A model generated the notes under the pieces. That model was not told the origin of the DNA. It saw nothing but the letters and a program-made list of their open reading frames with translations, and did no database searches. The translations under genes were made by a program, and so were the position numbers. A stretch of DNA of 64,000 nt from assembly GCF_006345805.1 (NCBI RefSeq), contig NC_043001.1, positions 23,188,001 to 23,252,000 on the forward strand. The letters run 5' to 3'. Below, piece by piece: positions 35,678 through 48,815 of this stretch (positions within the stretch are counted from its first letter, which is position 1; every line of letters begins with the position of its first letter). Source of the stretch: Octopus sinensis. Its lineage: Eukaryota.

Positions 35678-35685
<8 letters not shown>
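35398..35685 (+). mobile_element. tRNA-derived SINE (family C, OR-like); related copies at 45047-45230 and 56710-56965
   Basis: A box tggcctagtggttag, B box ggtttcgattcc, and 3' body ggggtggcgtcatttgaaggctaaaacaatgc...tcacagtgata shared with 56880-56965. Confidence 0.85.
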
Positions 35686-35712
<27 letters not shown>

Positions 35713-36569
35713 TTACTATTATGCAAGCATGTCGTAAGTTCAAAACATTGCTTTTTCAGAAAACAAAAAAATAGTTTTACCATTCCATAGCAAAACTGTT
35801 GCATTCCACTTTGACTATTTCCATATCTTGGCATCTGAAGCAGCTGGAGATATGATAGTTTGACCAAAAGGACTGGCTATTGCAAGCAAAAATAAATATT
35901 GAAAAAAGGCGCATGTGTGTGTGTGTATGTGTGCATGCGTGACAGGCTTCTTTTCAGTTTCTATCTACCAGATAAAGAGAAAATATAAGTTTCAAATTAA
36001 ATATCAAATAGGTGGTTAAGTTTGTGGTTAAGAAGTTTGCTTTACAATCCTATGGTTCCAAGTCTGGCTCTAATGTGCAAAAGTCTATCTGTCTATCTAT
36101 ATATATATATATGTATATGTGACCATCGGTCATTTCCCATTCTTCTAACTTGTGTTTCATTCTTCCTGCTGCAACTGGACAAGGAAGACGTATTCTTGTC
36201 TGTCTCCTGTCCAAGCTTGTTTCTTCGTGTTCACCACCACAACCTTGTTTAGGTTTAGCAGCCCTTCCTGTTTAATTTCACTGTCCTGTTTTTGTCACCA
36301 ATTTTGACCCTCTGCAAAATCCCCAATTTTATTTGATTTGCTTTCCAGGAGCAACTGTTTTATCGAAGGCATATCTTGTGAAATGCGTGAAATACAGATT
36401 AGAAAAAACAGCCAATAACTGATGAAGGGTCGTTCTTTGTGTTGTTTGTCTTGTTTTCCATTTGTTTCTATAGTTATTCACAAAAAAAGTTCATATTCCA
36501 TATCCTTGTACTTCGTATTTTAGGTTGTTTACATTTTGTGGCATCCTGTGCTTACATACTCTTTACTCT

Positions 36570-36957
36570 TTTACTTGTTTCAGTCATTTGACTACAGCCA
36601 TGCTGGAGCACGACATTTAGTCGAGCAAATCGACCCCGGGACTTATTCTTTGTAAGCCCAGTACTTATTCTATCGGCCTCTTTTTGCCGAACCGCAAAGT
36701 GACGGGGACGTAAACACACCAGTATCGGTTGTCAAGCGATGGTGGGGGGGACAAACACAGACACACAAACATATACACACACACATACATATATATATAT
36801 ACGATAGGCTTCTTTCAGTTTCCGTCTACCAAATCCACTCACAAGGCATTGGTCAGCTCGAGGCTATAGCAGAAGACACTTGCCCAAGATGCCACGCAGT
36901 GGGACTGAACCCGGAACCATGTGGTTGGTAAGCAAGCTACTTACCACACAGCCACTG
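36570..36957 (-). mobile_element. SINE family A, best-preserved copy (about 20-25 copies or fragments in the window)
   Basis: Head agtggctgtgtggtaagtagcttgcttaccaaccacatggttccgggttcagtcccactgcgtggca (Pol III A/B boxes), internal microsatellite, and tail gctccagcatggctgtagtcaaatgactgaaacaagtaaaagagt. Confidence 0.92.
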
Positions 36958-37384
36958 TATATACATATACATGTAAGTTTGTATGTATACATATGTGTAT
37001 ATGCATACATATATTATTTATATTATATATATACACACACACACACATACACATATATATATTATTTATATTATATATATATATATACACACACACACAT
37101 GTATATATATTGATATCTCTTTTAAATCTACCTTCATATTTTACTTGTTTCAGTCATTAAACTGCAGCAATGCTGGGGCACTGCTTCAAAGTGTTTAGTT
37201 GAAAAAAATCAACCCCAGTATGCATTTTTTAAAGTTTGATACTTATTCTATCTGCCTCTTTTGCTGAAATGGGACATAAATGAACCAACATCGGTTTTCA
37301 AGTAGAGTGAGGGGGGAAAAACACAAAAATGCACACACACACATGCACATGCATGCACACACACAATACATCGAACACACATAC

Positions 37385-37950
37385 ACAAGGTGTTTTACCA
37401 GTTACTGAGCAGGCTGTGATTTATAGTCATAAGAGAATATTTTCTCATCAATACGGCTGGTGTTAAAACACTAGGGAATCATAGACAAGTGAGGTAGCTC
37501 AGGCCAGGCCCTGTTGCAGGAGTGGTAGACATTAATGTTTCATAAACTTTGTGACTTGTCAATACCATGTACTCCAAATGAGGCCAGACGCAAGTTAAGT
37601 CACTTTCTATGACTATGTGCAAAATGGTGTGAGAATCATGTGCTGGTATGTCTCAATGTTTAATACCACAGAAAGAAATTCAAATATGAATGAAACGCAG
37701 CTCAAGGGATATAAACAATACCAAACACAAATACGCAAGGTATGTGTTTTGCCAGTTTGTGGGCAGGCTGTGAATTATAGGTGTAAGAGATTATTTTTTT
37801 GTCAATACACCTGGGAGTCATAGACAAGCAAGATAACTCATGCCAAGTCCCATTGCAGGAGTAGTAGACAATGTTTTGTCATTTTTGTGTCTTATCAATA
37901 CTACATACACAAAACGAGGCCAGACACAAGTTAAATCACTCTCTATGACT
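37385..37950. repeat. Diverged tandem duplication (~225-bp units, period ~345 bp)
   Basis: gtgttttaccagttactgagcaggctgtga...gagtcatagacaag...ttgcaggagtggtagaca...gaggccagacgcaagttaa..ctatgact repeated with substitutions and indels. Confidence 0.8.
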
Positions 37951-39151
37951 CACACAGTTTCCAGCTCCCATATATTTCTTTACTGCCCACAAGGGGCTAA
38001 ACATAGAGGGGACAAACAAGGACAGCCAAAGGGATTAAGAACGTAGTGGCAGACGTTCCAGCTCTCATAGCCACTCACAATCCTTTGGTCATCATGGAAC
38101 TATAGTAGAAGAAATTTGCCCAAGGTATCATGCAACCCGAAAGTACATGGTTGCAAATTAAGCTTCTTAATCATACAGCCATGCCTGTGCTATTGTGTTT
38201 ATGCTCAGTCTCTTTACCTTCCATGACTTAGAGGCTCAGCAAACAGAGATCAATTAAATAAGTACCAGATTGAAATGTGTAAGTACAGAGGTCCGTATGA
38301 TCAACTAAGTGCTTTAAAATGGCATAACCATCATTTAATGACTGAAACTAGGAATAGAATAAACTTAGGTATTAAGTTATAAATTACAGCAAGAATATTT
38401 ATTTTCTCATTTTGCCTCTTTTACATCATCTGAAGCCTTTGATGGCTTATTTCAATAAACACTTAATACAAGTCTATCTAATATTCATTCCATGATCACC
38501 TACTGCTGCAAAATACTATGGGGAATACCATGGGAGAAATTATAGAAAATAAATCCAACTATCTGACAGAAGATAAGCACCACTACAAATTAATTATCTC
38601 AAGCTGTTTCTCCTTAATCCCTAATTAATTATCAGTTACAAATATGAACTTAATCTACAAACTTATATATCATCTTTTGAATATTTCTCAATATTGCACA
38701 GAGTTACCTTTAGTCTCATTTCATCTTATATTGTAGTTATTATAATTACTTAGCAGAGCCTCTCTATATGTTGGTGAAGTATGTGTTTAAGCAGTTCTCT
38801 TCAAAATCATGTCATTCTGTGTTCAATCTCATTGTACATCTTTGGTGTATTCTACTGTAACCTTAGGGGTTGACCACTGCCTTGTGACAGACATTTGTTT
38901 GATGGAAATTGCATGGAAACCTGTGTGTATGTATATACAGACTGTATAGTGTATTTATGAACAAACTTCAGCAGATCTTAATATACTTTGGGTGATGTCA
39001 TGCTGATGATTTCAAAAGGAATGAAATAGTACTATATATGCTTACCATGGGCTAAAAAAGTCACAAAGAAAAAGGAAATTAAATTTGTATATTCTATGTG
39101 TCTTTTCCTTATTCACTGACTTCAGATTCAAACCTCTAATCCCACTAAATC

Positions 39152-39880
39152 ATCATCATCATCATCATTAAATGTCCACTTTCCATGCTGGCATGGGTTG
39201 GACGATTTGACTGAGGACTGGAAAAGCAGATGGCTGCACCAGGCTCCAATCTGATCTGGCAGAGTTTCTACAGCTGGATGCCCTTCTTAATGCCAACCAC
39301 TCCGAGAGTGTAGTGGGTGCTTTTACGGGCCAGTTAGGCGGTACTGGTAACGGTCACACTTAAATGGTATTTTTTACAAGCCACCTGCACAGGAGCCAGT
39401 CCAGCGGCACTGGCAACGACCTTGCTTGAATATATTTTTACGTGCCAGTGTGGTGACGCTGGTAACGATCATGCTCGAATGGTGCTTTTTACGTGCCACT
39501 GGCATGGAAGCCAGTCAGTTGCTCTGGCAACGATCACACTTGGATGGTGCTCTTAGCGCTCCACTAGCATGGATGCCAGTCATTGAATTTGATTTCGATT
39601 TCACTTGCCTCAACAGGTCTTCGCAAGCAGAATTTAGTGTCCAATGAAGAAAAGGTACACATAAGTGCACTGGTTACACCCCTGGCATAGGTCACGGGTT
39701 ATGGTCCCACTTGGCTTGCCAGGTCTTCACACGTACAGCATATTACCAAAGGTCTCGGTCACTAGTTATTGCCTCGGTGAGGCCTAATGTTTGAAGGTCG
39801 TGCCTCACCACCTCATCCCAGGTCTTCCTGGGTCTACCTCTTCCACAGGTTTCCTTAACCGCTAGGGTGTGATTATGAAG
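39152..39880 (-). mobile_element. 5'-truncated RTE-clade LINE: last codons of the ORF plus complete 3' UTR
   Basis: GRGRPRKTWDEVVRHDLQTLGLTEAITSDRDLW is the typical RTE C-terminus. The UTR has tandem gtgctttttacgtgccac units and ends in (GAT)n. Confidence 0.9.
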
Positions 39881-42778
39881 AAATGATTGTCTCCCTTGTA
39901 TTAGCTGTCCACTAGGGGACACCATATGTTTTAATGTAATGTTAGAGAGCATGAACTAAATCATAACTTTCTAATTTCTCTTACAGACATGATAGCATCA
40001 ACATGGCTGACTTCAATCTGACAGAGGTTATGAAAAGACATCCTCAACTTACAAGCCCTGCATGCCAACCAGAGTGATTCAGAGACTGACAGCTCTTTTT
40101 AAAAGTGGGCTGATCTTTTGTGTTCAATATCAGGAAAGAGCTGGAGCAGCCTCTAGCTAGGGCATGTCTTCCATCTCTAAGAGAATGAAGCATTTTCAAT
40201 AATGAAATGTTCTCAGAATATCTTTTAGCATTTCATTGTTTCGATCATTGGACAGCAACCATGAAACAAGCCTAGGGTTGATCAAACTACATTGTGTCAT
40301 CTTGGTGTATGTTGCAAGACCCAAAACCCCAGGATTCAGCACTGAATATGGGACCAAATATTGCATCTGAAGGTGTTTGTAGAACTGAAATGTATGTAGC
40401 CTTACAAAAAAGGTAACTAGAAATAAATATATGCTAATAAAAAAATACAATATTATTAGTCAAGGGCTAATTTTTATTATTATTATTATTTTGGTTTTTT
40501 ACAAGTATGCATTTATTTCCCGCTAACTTTTTAATGTTCCCCAAATTAATTATTGCATTAATTTTATTGTTTTTCATACTCCAACCAACATACTATTTAG
40601 TACATTTAACTGGTGATTCTTTCAGCAAGTAATGGTAAAGGATATGTCTTGCTCATGATGTCAGGATAAGAACAAAACATGTCTGGAGTTGTTACCTGTA
40701 CTAATTGGAAAAATGAAAATAGTATTAGTCATTTATTACTATGATTTTTTGTCTTTTACTGCATATTTATTACTAGTTAATAGATTTAACACTGAGAATC
40801 AAGAAGTAAACTGTAATAATTAACCAAAACTCTCTTAATGCTTAGTTTCATCATGTTGGCTAATATTTTTTACCTTTTGTCCAATACTATAGAAAAATTA
40901 ATAAAAAGTATCAGTATTCTAAATTCGTCTATTTTCTAAGTGTTAGATTTATTTTTTCTTTTTCTATTTTCTAAAGGTTGATATTCATTGCCTTCATTAT
41001 CACTTGGTAATGTTATAAACAGTAATAAATGTCCAAAAATGATTTTATTAGAGAGGCAAAGAAGTGTCCAGTAACACTTTTTTCATGAAAAACAAATAAT
41101 TAAATTGGTACAAACATACTAAATATATATTGTGTGCCAAACATTTTGATTAATTATAGGAAAAAAAGACTATGTTCCACTAAGAAGATCTAATAAAACC
41201 TTGTTGTAAACAATGTTATATCATTCAAAGAGCTGTTTCGGTAATATGTGGTTGTAGCAGTTCACATGGTAATTGTGTTATTGGATTATTATGGATAGCC
41301 AACATAGTAGGAAACATGTAGTTTTATTCTGGTATAGTATTAGTGTGTGGCTAGTTCATATCTCTAGTAGAGACCACTACACAATCACTATGATATAATT
41401 CTATTCTACTGTTGTACAATATAACACACCACAACACTCAATACATAGCTTATCAATCAAGAGTAGCTGCACATTCCTAGGTGTCAACCAATGAAATCCA
41501 AGTATTTATTGAATGAGTATTATGTAGCAATTGGCATGCTTCTCTAAGCAAGATGTCCAAACATGAAGTATTTCTATAAAAGTAACAACTACATCTATCA
41601 GACATGACAAGTAGCCATTATTTACCATTCTCATAAAAAAAACAAAATGTCAGTTTGACCTTGTTAGATAATGCATAAAAAAAATCTGTCTCAGAGAGTT
41701 CATTTCATTTGTGTGGACTTATTTTAATAAAAGTTTGCTGCAATGAAACCCAACCTTTTATCATAATTATTTTCTTTATTGTTTTCACATTTCAAAACAA
41801 ATGAAATGTCTCTCATATTAGTGAATAACAAAAAAATGTTTATATAATGAATATTAGTTTTTAATAATGGGTGTCTGCAATAAGAATAATGCAAGCTACT
41901 TCAGCTCCTTTTCACTAATAAAGGTTTAATATAAAAGGGGAAAAAGCACTCTAAAAGCTATTTAGCACAGCATAGTTAAAATATCTTAACATTCTAATTG
42001 CAATTTCCAGTTTATCAAAAGTTTGTTTAATTGGCTATCAAAAAGGTATTGTTTTTGACAAGCACTTTATTTTTCTTATAGTATTGGTCCAGCATGGCCA
42101 TAGCTGATTTGCTGAAGCTAGTACAAGAATGTCTATAAACACAAGTTATCCTTTCTCTTTCAAGTATGTGTGTGTGTGTTTAATCTTTCTATATTCAATG
42201 CATCATAACAATTATGGTATGTCAGTGAGTAGACCAACAATCATATATCTTATCTTGAGAAAAATGACTATTTCTCTCTGTTGAAAAATAAATCTATGAT
42301 ATGACATAATAGCAGACAGTTTGCTATCACTGACAAAATTCAGTAACTGAATATTAAATAAACCTATTATTTAATATTATTAGAACAGCTGTGCATTACC
42401 AACCAGAAATGTTTATTATTTTTATTTTACAAATTTTATTGCATTATCCTTAGAGAATACTATCTTGAAATAATGCATATGTATATGTTAGCATTTGTTA
42501 TGACTTTTAGCTACTTTGATTTATAAATCACAGGATACTTTGGTAAACTTGATCCTTTTTTAATAAATTCCAAATGACTTTACAGTTCAAACACAGAAAG
42601 AATGCATATATCATAAAGTAAAAATGTATATGTAAATATACACTTATGCTTTAATGTTTTATTTAAAGATTGTAGATCAAATGATAAAGTAGAATAATTT
42701 GAGAAGCAATAACAAAAATAAATAGCATTAAAAATGAACACTGATTTCACCCTCCAACTCCCCACTAAAATGGATATT

Positions 42779-42840
42779 CACCATTGACCATGCTTCCACA
42801 TGTGTCCACCATTGACCATGCTTCCACATGTGTTCACCAT
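42779..42840. repeat. 28-bp tandem repeat, about 2.2 copies
   Basis: caccattgaccatgcttccacatgtgt(c/t) repeated. Confidence 0.9.
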
Positions 42841-44215
42841 TCACCTCTATCCCCATCTTTATCTGTCTGGACACTCTCCTTTCACACCCTGTTCATTTCT
42901 CTGGACTACTCTTATGTTCACCTTCCTATAACTTGAAGGTATGACCTGACACCTCTTCACCACCTCTCCTTTTGCCAACTGGGGTAGCCATGTGCCTTTT
43001 CTATTAGTAGGCATCTGTCAGTTTCTAGAGACCTTGGATCTGCATCCTAAGAAATTGTATGATGGTGATGCAGTGTCTGCTGTGGCTGTAGAGGCCCACA
43101 TGGGAGTGGCAGTCACACATATAGCAACTGCATTTGAAGGAGCTCTCTACCAGTGCTACTGGTTTTTCCTTTCACTCCTCTACTGCAAGACACCTTTTTC
43201 TTGCCAGGGGATGATAGGTTAAAGTATGGTAGAAGGAGAGCAAAACGTGTCTCCTCTACTGCAAGACACCATTTTCCGTTCCTCTACCATACTTTAACCT
43301 GTCATCCCCTAGCAAGAACCCATCTCCCTCAATACTACAGCCCCTCCTTTGAAAGAGTCTTGCTTTGTAAGCTATTTATTGACCTCACTAGCGCTAGTGC
43401 TAAGTAAAAAAAAAAAGCACCCAGTAGACTTTGTAATGTGCTTGGCATTAGGAAAGGCATCCAGCCATAGAAACCATGGCAAAACAGGTATTGGAGTTCG
43501 ACACATTATACTCCTTGTGGAATCGGTACAGTTATTTATCCTGCTTGAATTTTAACATACTTCACAGTAAAAGATGATTTGGAAATTAATAACTGAAGCA
43601 CATAAGCATAAACAATGAATGTCAAAGTAAAAACAATAATAGAAACATTAAATTATTTATAAGTTTGTCAACTGTAGAAATAATCTTCATATCTAATCTA
43701 GTAAATCAGGACAAATGCCATTGATGACCTAGCTGTCAGCATGAAGTATAAAGAATTTACTGAAAAGCCCAGGAGAGAAAAGACTGACTGTTTTATTTGC
43801 TACCTAAATATGTCACAATCATTATTCATTCCAATTGTTACATTCAATATCTGAATCAACAAGGTTATATGAATGTACAATGAAGAGTATCATGAAGGTG
43901 GTGACCACAGTTTATTGCAGTATCTCTCTCTCTCTCTCACACACATTCACATACACACATGCACACACACAAACACATACATGTATGTATATGTATACAT
44001 ATGCACAATAGATGGAAATGTTAAGATGTAAGTCTCCTAATCATTATGGTAATGAAATAAAATATGGTAACATATGAGAATTATTGTATTTTCTTTGCCT
44101 TACTGAAGACAGTAGCTATTTCAACAACTGCTTTAGACTATTTAGCACCAAAACGTGAATGCTTAAATGTGTGTGTGAACGAGAGAGAGAGAGAGAGAGA
44201 GAGAGAAGGCGCATG

Positions 44216-45046
44216 GGATCTTTTCCTTTTGAACGGCACATGTCAACACAATTTCTAGTTAACTAAACACTTTTAAACTTCGTATACTGGTAGAATGTGT
44301 TTATAAAACATCATTTTTTCTTGGCTTTATTGAGAAAATTCTATATGTTGTAACATATTTCGACTTTAATTTCGAGCATTTCGGCAATTTTAACCAATCG
44401 CTGACCTCCATTGACGTAAACAACATTCCATGCTGTATGAATATGTCCCTCGTTTAAGAAACAGATTGAGTTTATTTACATTTGCGAAGAAAAAAAGATA
44501 CCCTTCCCCCACCCCTAACCATAACTCTAAACCTAACCCTAAAATAGATTGAAATGCAATAGATTGATACTATAGTTATAATTATGGGTGACAATTTCAT
44601 TTGACACCGCTAGAAAAAAATCCCATTTTCTGTAGCGGTGTCGTATAAAATTGTCACCCATAATTATAACCCTAGTATCGATCTATTGCATTTCAATCTA
44701 TTTTAGGGTTAGGTTTAGAGTTATGGTTAGGGTTAGGAGTGGGGTTAGGGGTGGGGGAAGGGTATCTTTTTTTCTTCGCAAATGTAAATAAACTCAATCT
44801 GTTTCTTAAACGAGGGACATATTCATACAGCATGGAATGTTGTTTACGTCAATGGAGGTCAGCGATTGGTTAAAATTGCTGAAATGCTCGAAATTAAAGT
44901 CGAAATATGTTACAACATATAAAATTTTCTCAATAAAGCCAAGAAAAATGATGTTTTATAAACACATTCTACCAGTATACGAAGTTTAAAAGTGTTTAGT
45001 TAACTAGAAATTGTGTTGACATATGCCGTTCAAAAGGAAAAGATCT
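44216..45046. mobile_element. ~830-bp foldback (palindromic) element with telomeric-type repeats, inserted in a SINE head
   Basis: Ends ggatcttttccttttgaacggca / tgccgttcaaaaggaaaagatct. Arms are near-perfect inverted copies centred near 44622. Flanking duplication ggcgcatg(g) at 44208 and 45047. Confidence 0.93.
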
Positions 45047-45762
45047 GGCGCATGGTCTAGTGGTTAGAGTGTTTCACTTACAATCACAGGATTGTAGTTT
45101 CAACTCCCGGATAGGCAGTGTGTAATGTTCTTTAACAAAACACTTCACTTCATGTTCCTCCAGTCCACCTCACTGTAAATGGGTAACCCAGCAATGGACT
45201 GGCATTTCTCTTTTTGTTGTGCAAGAAACAAGACAATTTCACTAGTGTTGGTGCCACAGGTTAAATGCACCCAGTACACTCAGCAAAGTGCCTAGCAAAT
45301 GAGTAAAGCCATTACAGGATCAAAAAGGTAGTCTTGTCTTATTGAAGATATGGACACCAACGATGCCAAAGAGAGCAGTAACTCTAAACAAGAACTAACT
45401 TAGACCATGACAATCTATCCAAGCCTTGTCACCATGGAAAGCAGACATGATATGATATATACATACAAACACACACAGAATTGAGCAGTATATTACAGTT
45501 TATGGCATGAAACAAGTCGTGTCAGTGTGTTACAGTTAGTTTCACACAGACTATTGTCCTCAAGCATTTACTGACGACTCTTCAAATATACTGGTTGGAA
45601 GCCAGTCATCAATATTGCCTGAGTGCAATAATCATATTCCTTTCTGTTGAAGAGTGTAAGCTCAAAATGTAAAAGACTTTCTCACTTTCCTGAGTATCAA
45701 ACTAATACACCTGCTTGTTGTTCATACACCTGTCTTCATCTTTTGTTTTTCTGTAAATTTCA

Positions 45763-45769
<7 letters not shown>

Positions 45770-45800
<31 letters not shown>

Positions 45801-46830
45801 CACGTAAAAAGCACCATCCGACTGTGGCCGTTTGCCAGCCCCATCTGGCAACTGTGCTGGTGGCACGTAAAAAGCACCCACTACATTCACGGAGTGGTTG
45901 GCGTTAGGAAGGGCATCCAGAAACATTGCCAGATCAGACTGGGCCTGGTGCAGCCTTCTGGCTTCCCAGACCCCAGTTGAACCGTCCAACCCATGCTAGC
46001 ATGGAAAGCAGACGATGATGATGATATATATATATAATATATGTATATAATTTACAGAAAAACCTCTATTAAGCAATTCAATAAAGAAAGATGTTATTCA
46101 CACCATATAGAAAACATATACTATAAAAACCTTATTCTAAAAATCAATAAAGTACAATAAATAGTAAATAGTACTACTACTACTATTTACTATACTTTAT
46201 TGATTTTTAGAATAAGGTTTTTATAGTATATGTTTTCTATATGGTGTGAATAACATCTTTCTTTATTGAATTGCTTAATAGAGGTTTTTCTCTAAATTAT
46301 ATATATATATATATATATACATATACACGTAAAAAGCACCATCCGACTGTGGCCGTTTGCCAGCCCCATCTGGCAACTGTGCTGGTGGCACGTAAAAAGC
46401 ACCCACTACATTCACGGAGTGGTTGGCGTTAGGAAGGGCATCCAGAAACATTGCCAGATCAGACTGGGCCTGGTGCAGCCTTCTGGCTTCCCAGACCCCA
46501 GTTGAACCGTCCAACCCATGCTAGCATGGAAAGCAGACGATGATGATGATATATATATATAATATATGTATATAATTTAGAGAAAAAAAGTCTATTAAAC
46601 AATTCAATAAAGAAAGATGTTATTCACACCATATAGAAAACATATACTATAAAAACCTTATTCTAAAAATCAATAAAGTACAATAAATAGTAAATAGTAC
46701 TACTACTACTATTTACTATACTTTATTGATTTTTAGAATAAGGTTTTTATAGTATATGTTTTCTATATGGTGTGAATAACATCTTTCTTTATTGAATTGC
46801 TTAATAGAGGTTTTTCTCTAAATTATATAT
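45770..46830. repeat. Near-identical 525-bp tandem duplication; each unit is an RTE 3' tail plus ~250-bp palindrome P2
   Basis: cacgtaaaaagcaccatccgactgtggcc at 45801 and 46326. Palindromes at 46048-46298 and ~46576-46826. Confidence 0.92.
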
Positions 46831-46914
46831 ATATATTATATATTGTGAAATTTGATTTAAAATTGTTAAATTGAATTTTTCCCTGTAAATTTTGGAATTA
46901 TATTCCCTACTATT

Positions 46915-46950
46915 ATTATTACATATATATATATACATACACACACACAC

Positions 46951-46985
<35 letters not shown>

Positions 46986-47403
46986 TACATACATATATAC
47001 ACACACACATACATATATACACACACACATACATATATACACACACATATACATACATATACACACATACATATACACACACACATATACATACATATAC
47101 ACACACATATATACACACACATACATATATATATACACACACACATACATATATATATACACACACACATACATATATATATACACACACACATACATAC
47201 ATATATATATACACACATACATACATATATATATATACACACACATACATATATATATATACACACACATACATATATATATATATACACACACATATAT
47301 ATATATACACACACATACATATATATACACACACATACATATATATATATACACACACATACATTATATATATATACACACATACATATATATATATATA
47401 TAT

Positions 47404-47434
<31 letters not shown>

Positions 47435-47787
47435 CACACACATACATATATATATATATACACACACATACATATATATATATATACACACACATACATA
47501 TATATATATATACACACACATACATATATATATATATACACACCACATACATATATATATATATACACACACATACATATATATATATATACACACACAT
47601 ACATATATATATATATACACACACATACATATATATATATATACACACACACATACATATATATATATACACACACATACATATATATATATTACACACA
47701 CATACATATATATATATACAACACACATACATATAATATATATACACACACATACATATATATATATACACACACATACATATATAC

Positions 47788-47836
<49 letters not shown>

Positions 47837-47880
47837 TACATATATATATACACACACACACATATATACACACACATATA
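46915..47880. repeat. ~1-kb compound (TA)n(CA)n micro/minisatellite
   Basis: Units such as acatatatatatatacacacacat. The 160-330-aa ORFs here are artefacts of a stop-free repeat. Confidence 0.97.
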
Positions 47881-48435
47881 ATATCAAGGGCTATTACTGT
47901 GCGTAAAAGCCACACAATACACACCCGCCAACATATAAACACCACAAGTCTTGTAAAATACAGCTACCCAGAGTTTCCTGGCCAAAACAGGTGAGTGTTG
48001 GCAACAAGAAGGGCATCCAGCCATAGAAAATCCATCTAAACAAAATTTGTCCAACCCATGCCAGCATGGAAAGTACATGTTACAATGATGATGATGATGA
48101 TTAATACCATTAGTATCATTAATACTAAGTCTCACTTGAATAGAACAGACTATCGATTATCAAAATTAAATCACTTTTTTTCTACATGCTCTGAAACTGA
48201 ATGACATTCATTTTTGTCAATAATTGCATTTCTAATTAAAATTTTCATGTTTAAACTTACATCAATAAAAGAGATTAAAAATTTTTCTTTTTATTCCTAT
48301 ATGGTTTGATTTTAAATGATTAAATAAATGAACATTAAAACATCAGTAAAGGCTTGTCGTCAAGCTAAATGATGCCACAGTATGTCTGAATTTACAAATG
48401 AAAAGAATGTATTCTACACATAGAGTATATATATA

Positions 48436-48815
48436 TCATGACTGTGTTGTAAGAAGCTTGCTTCTCAACCACATGTTTCTGAGTTCAGTCCCACGGTGTG
48501 GCACCTTGAGCAAGTGTCTTTCACTATATAGCCTTGGGTTGACCAAAGACTTGTGAGTGGTTTTGATAGGCAGAAACTAAAAGAAGCCCATTGCACATGT
48601 GTGTGTGTGTGTGTGACTTGGTCCCTGACCATCACTTGACAACTGGTATTGGTGTATTTATGTCCATGTAACTTAGTGGTTTGACAAAAGTGACTGATAG
48701 AATAAGTACTAGGCTTTAAAAAAGTAAGTACTAAGGTTGATTCATCCAAATAAAATTTTTTCAAGGTGGTGCCCCAGCATGGCCACAGTCTAATGACTGA
48801 AACAGGGAAAATAAA
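48436..48815 (+). mobile_element. SINE family A, near full length
   Basis: gactgtgttgtaagaagcttgcttctcaaccacatgtttctgagttcagtcccac...ggtggtgccccagcatggccacagtctaatgactgaaaca. Confidence 0.88.

Noticed and set aside
36130-36545. ctgatgaaggg motif near gaaatgcgt, a possible second hammerhead-bearing pLTR
   Set aside because: Too degenerate to define stems or boundaries by eye.
44514-44760. TTAGGG/CCCTAA repeats as a telomere fusion site
   Set aside because: The repeats are few, degenerate and internal to a dispersed TSD-flanked element that also occurs at 6.5 kb.
46801-47945. Long ORFs of 137-329 aa in several frames
   Set aside because: They are translations of a (TA)n(CA)n array (YIYI/VCVC/HTHT); the repeat simply lacks stop codons.
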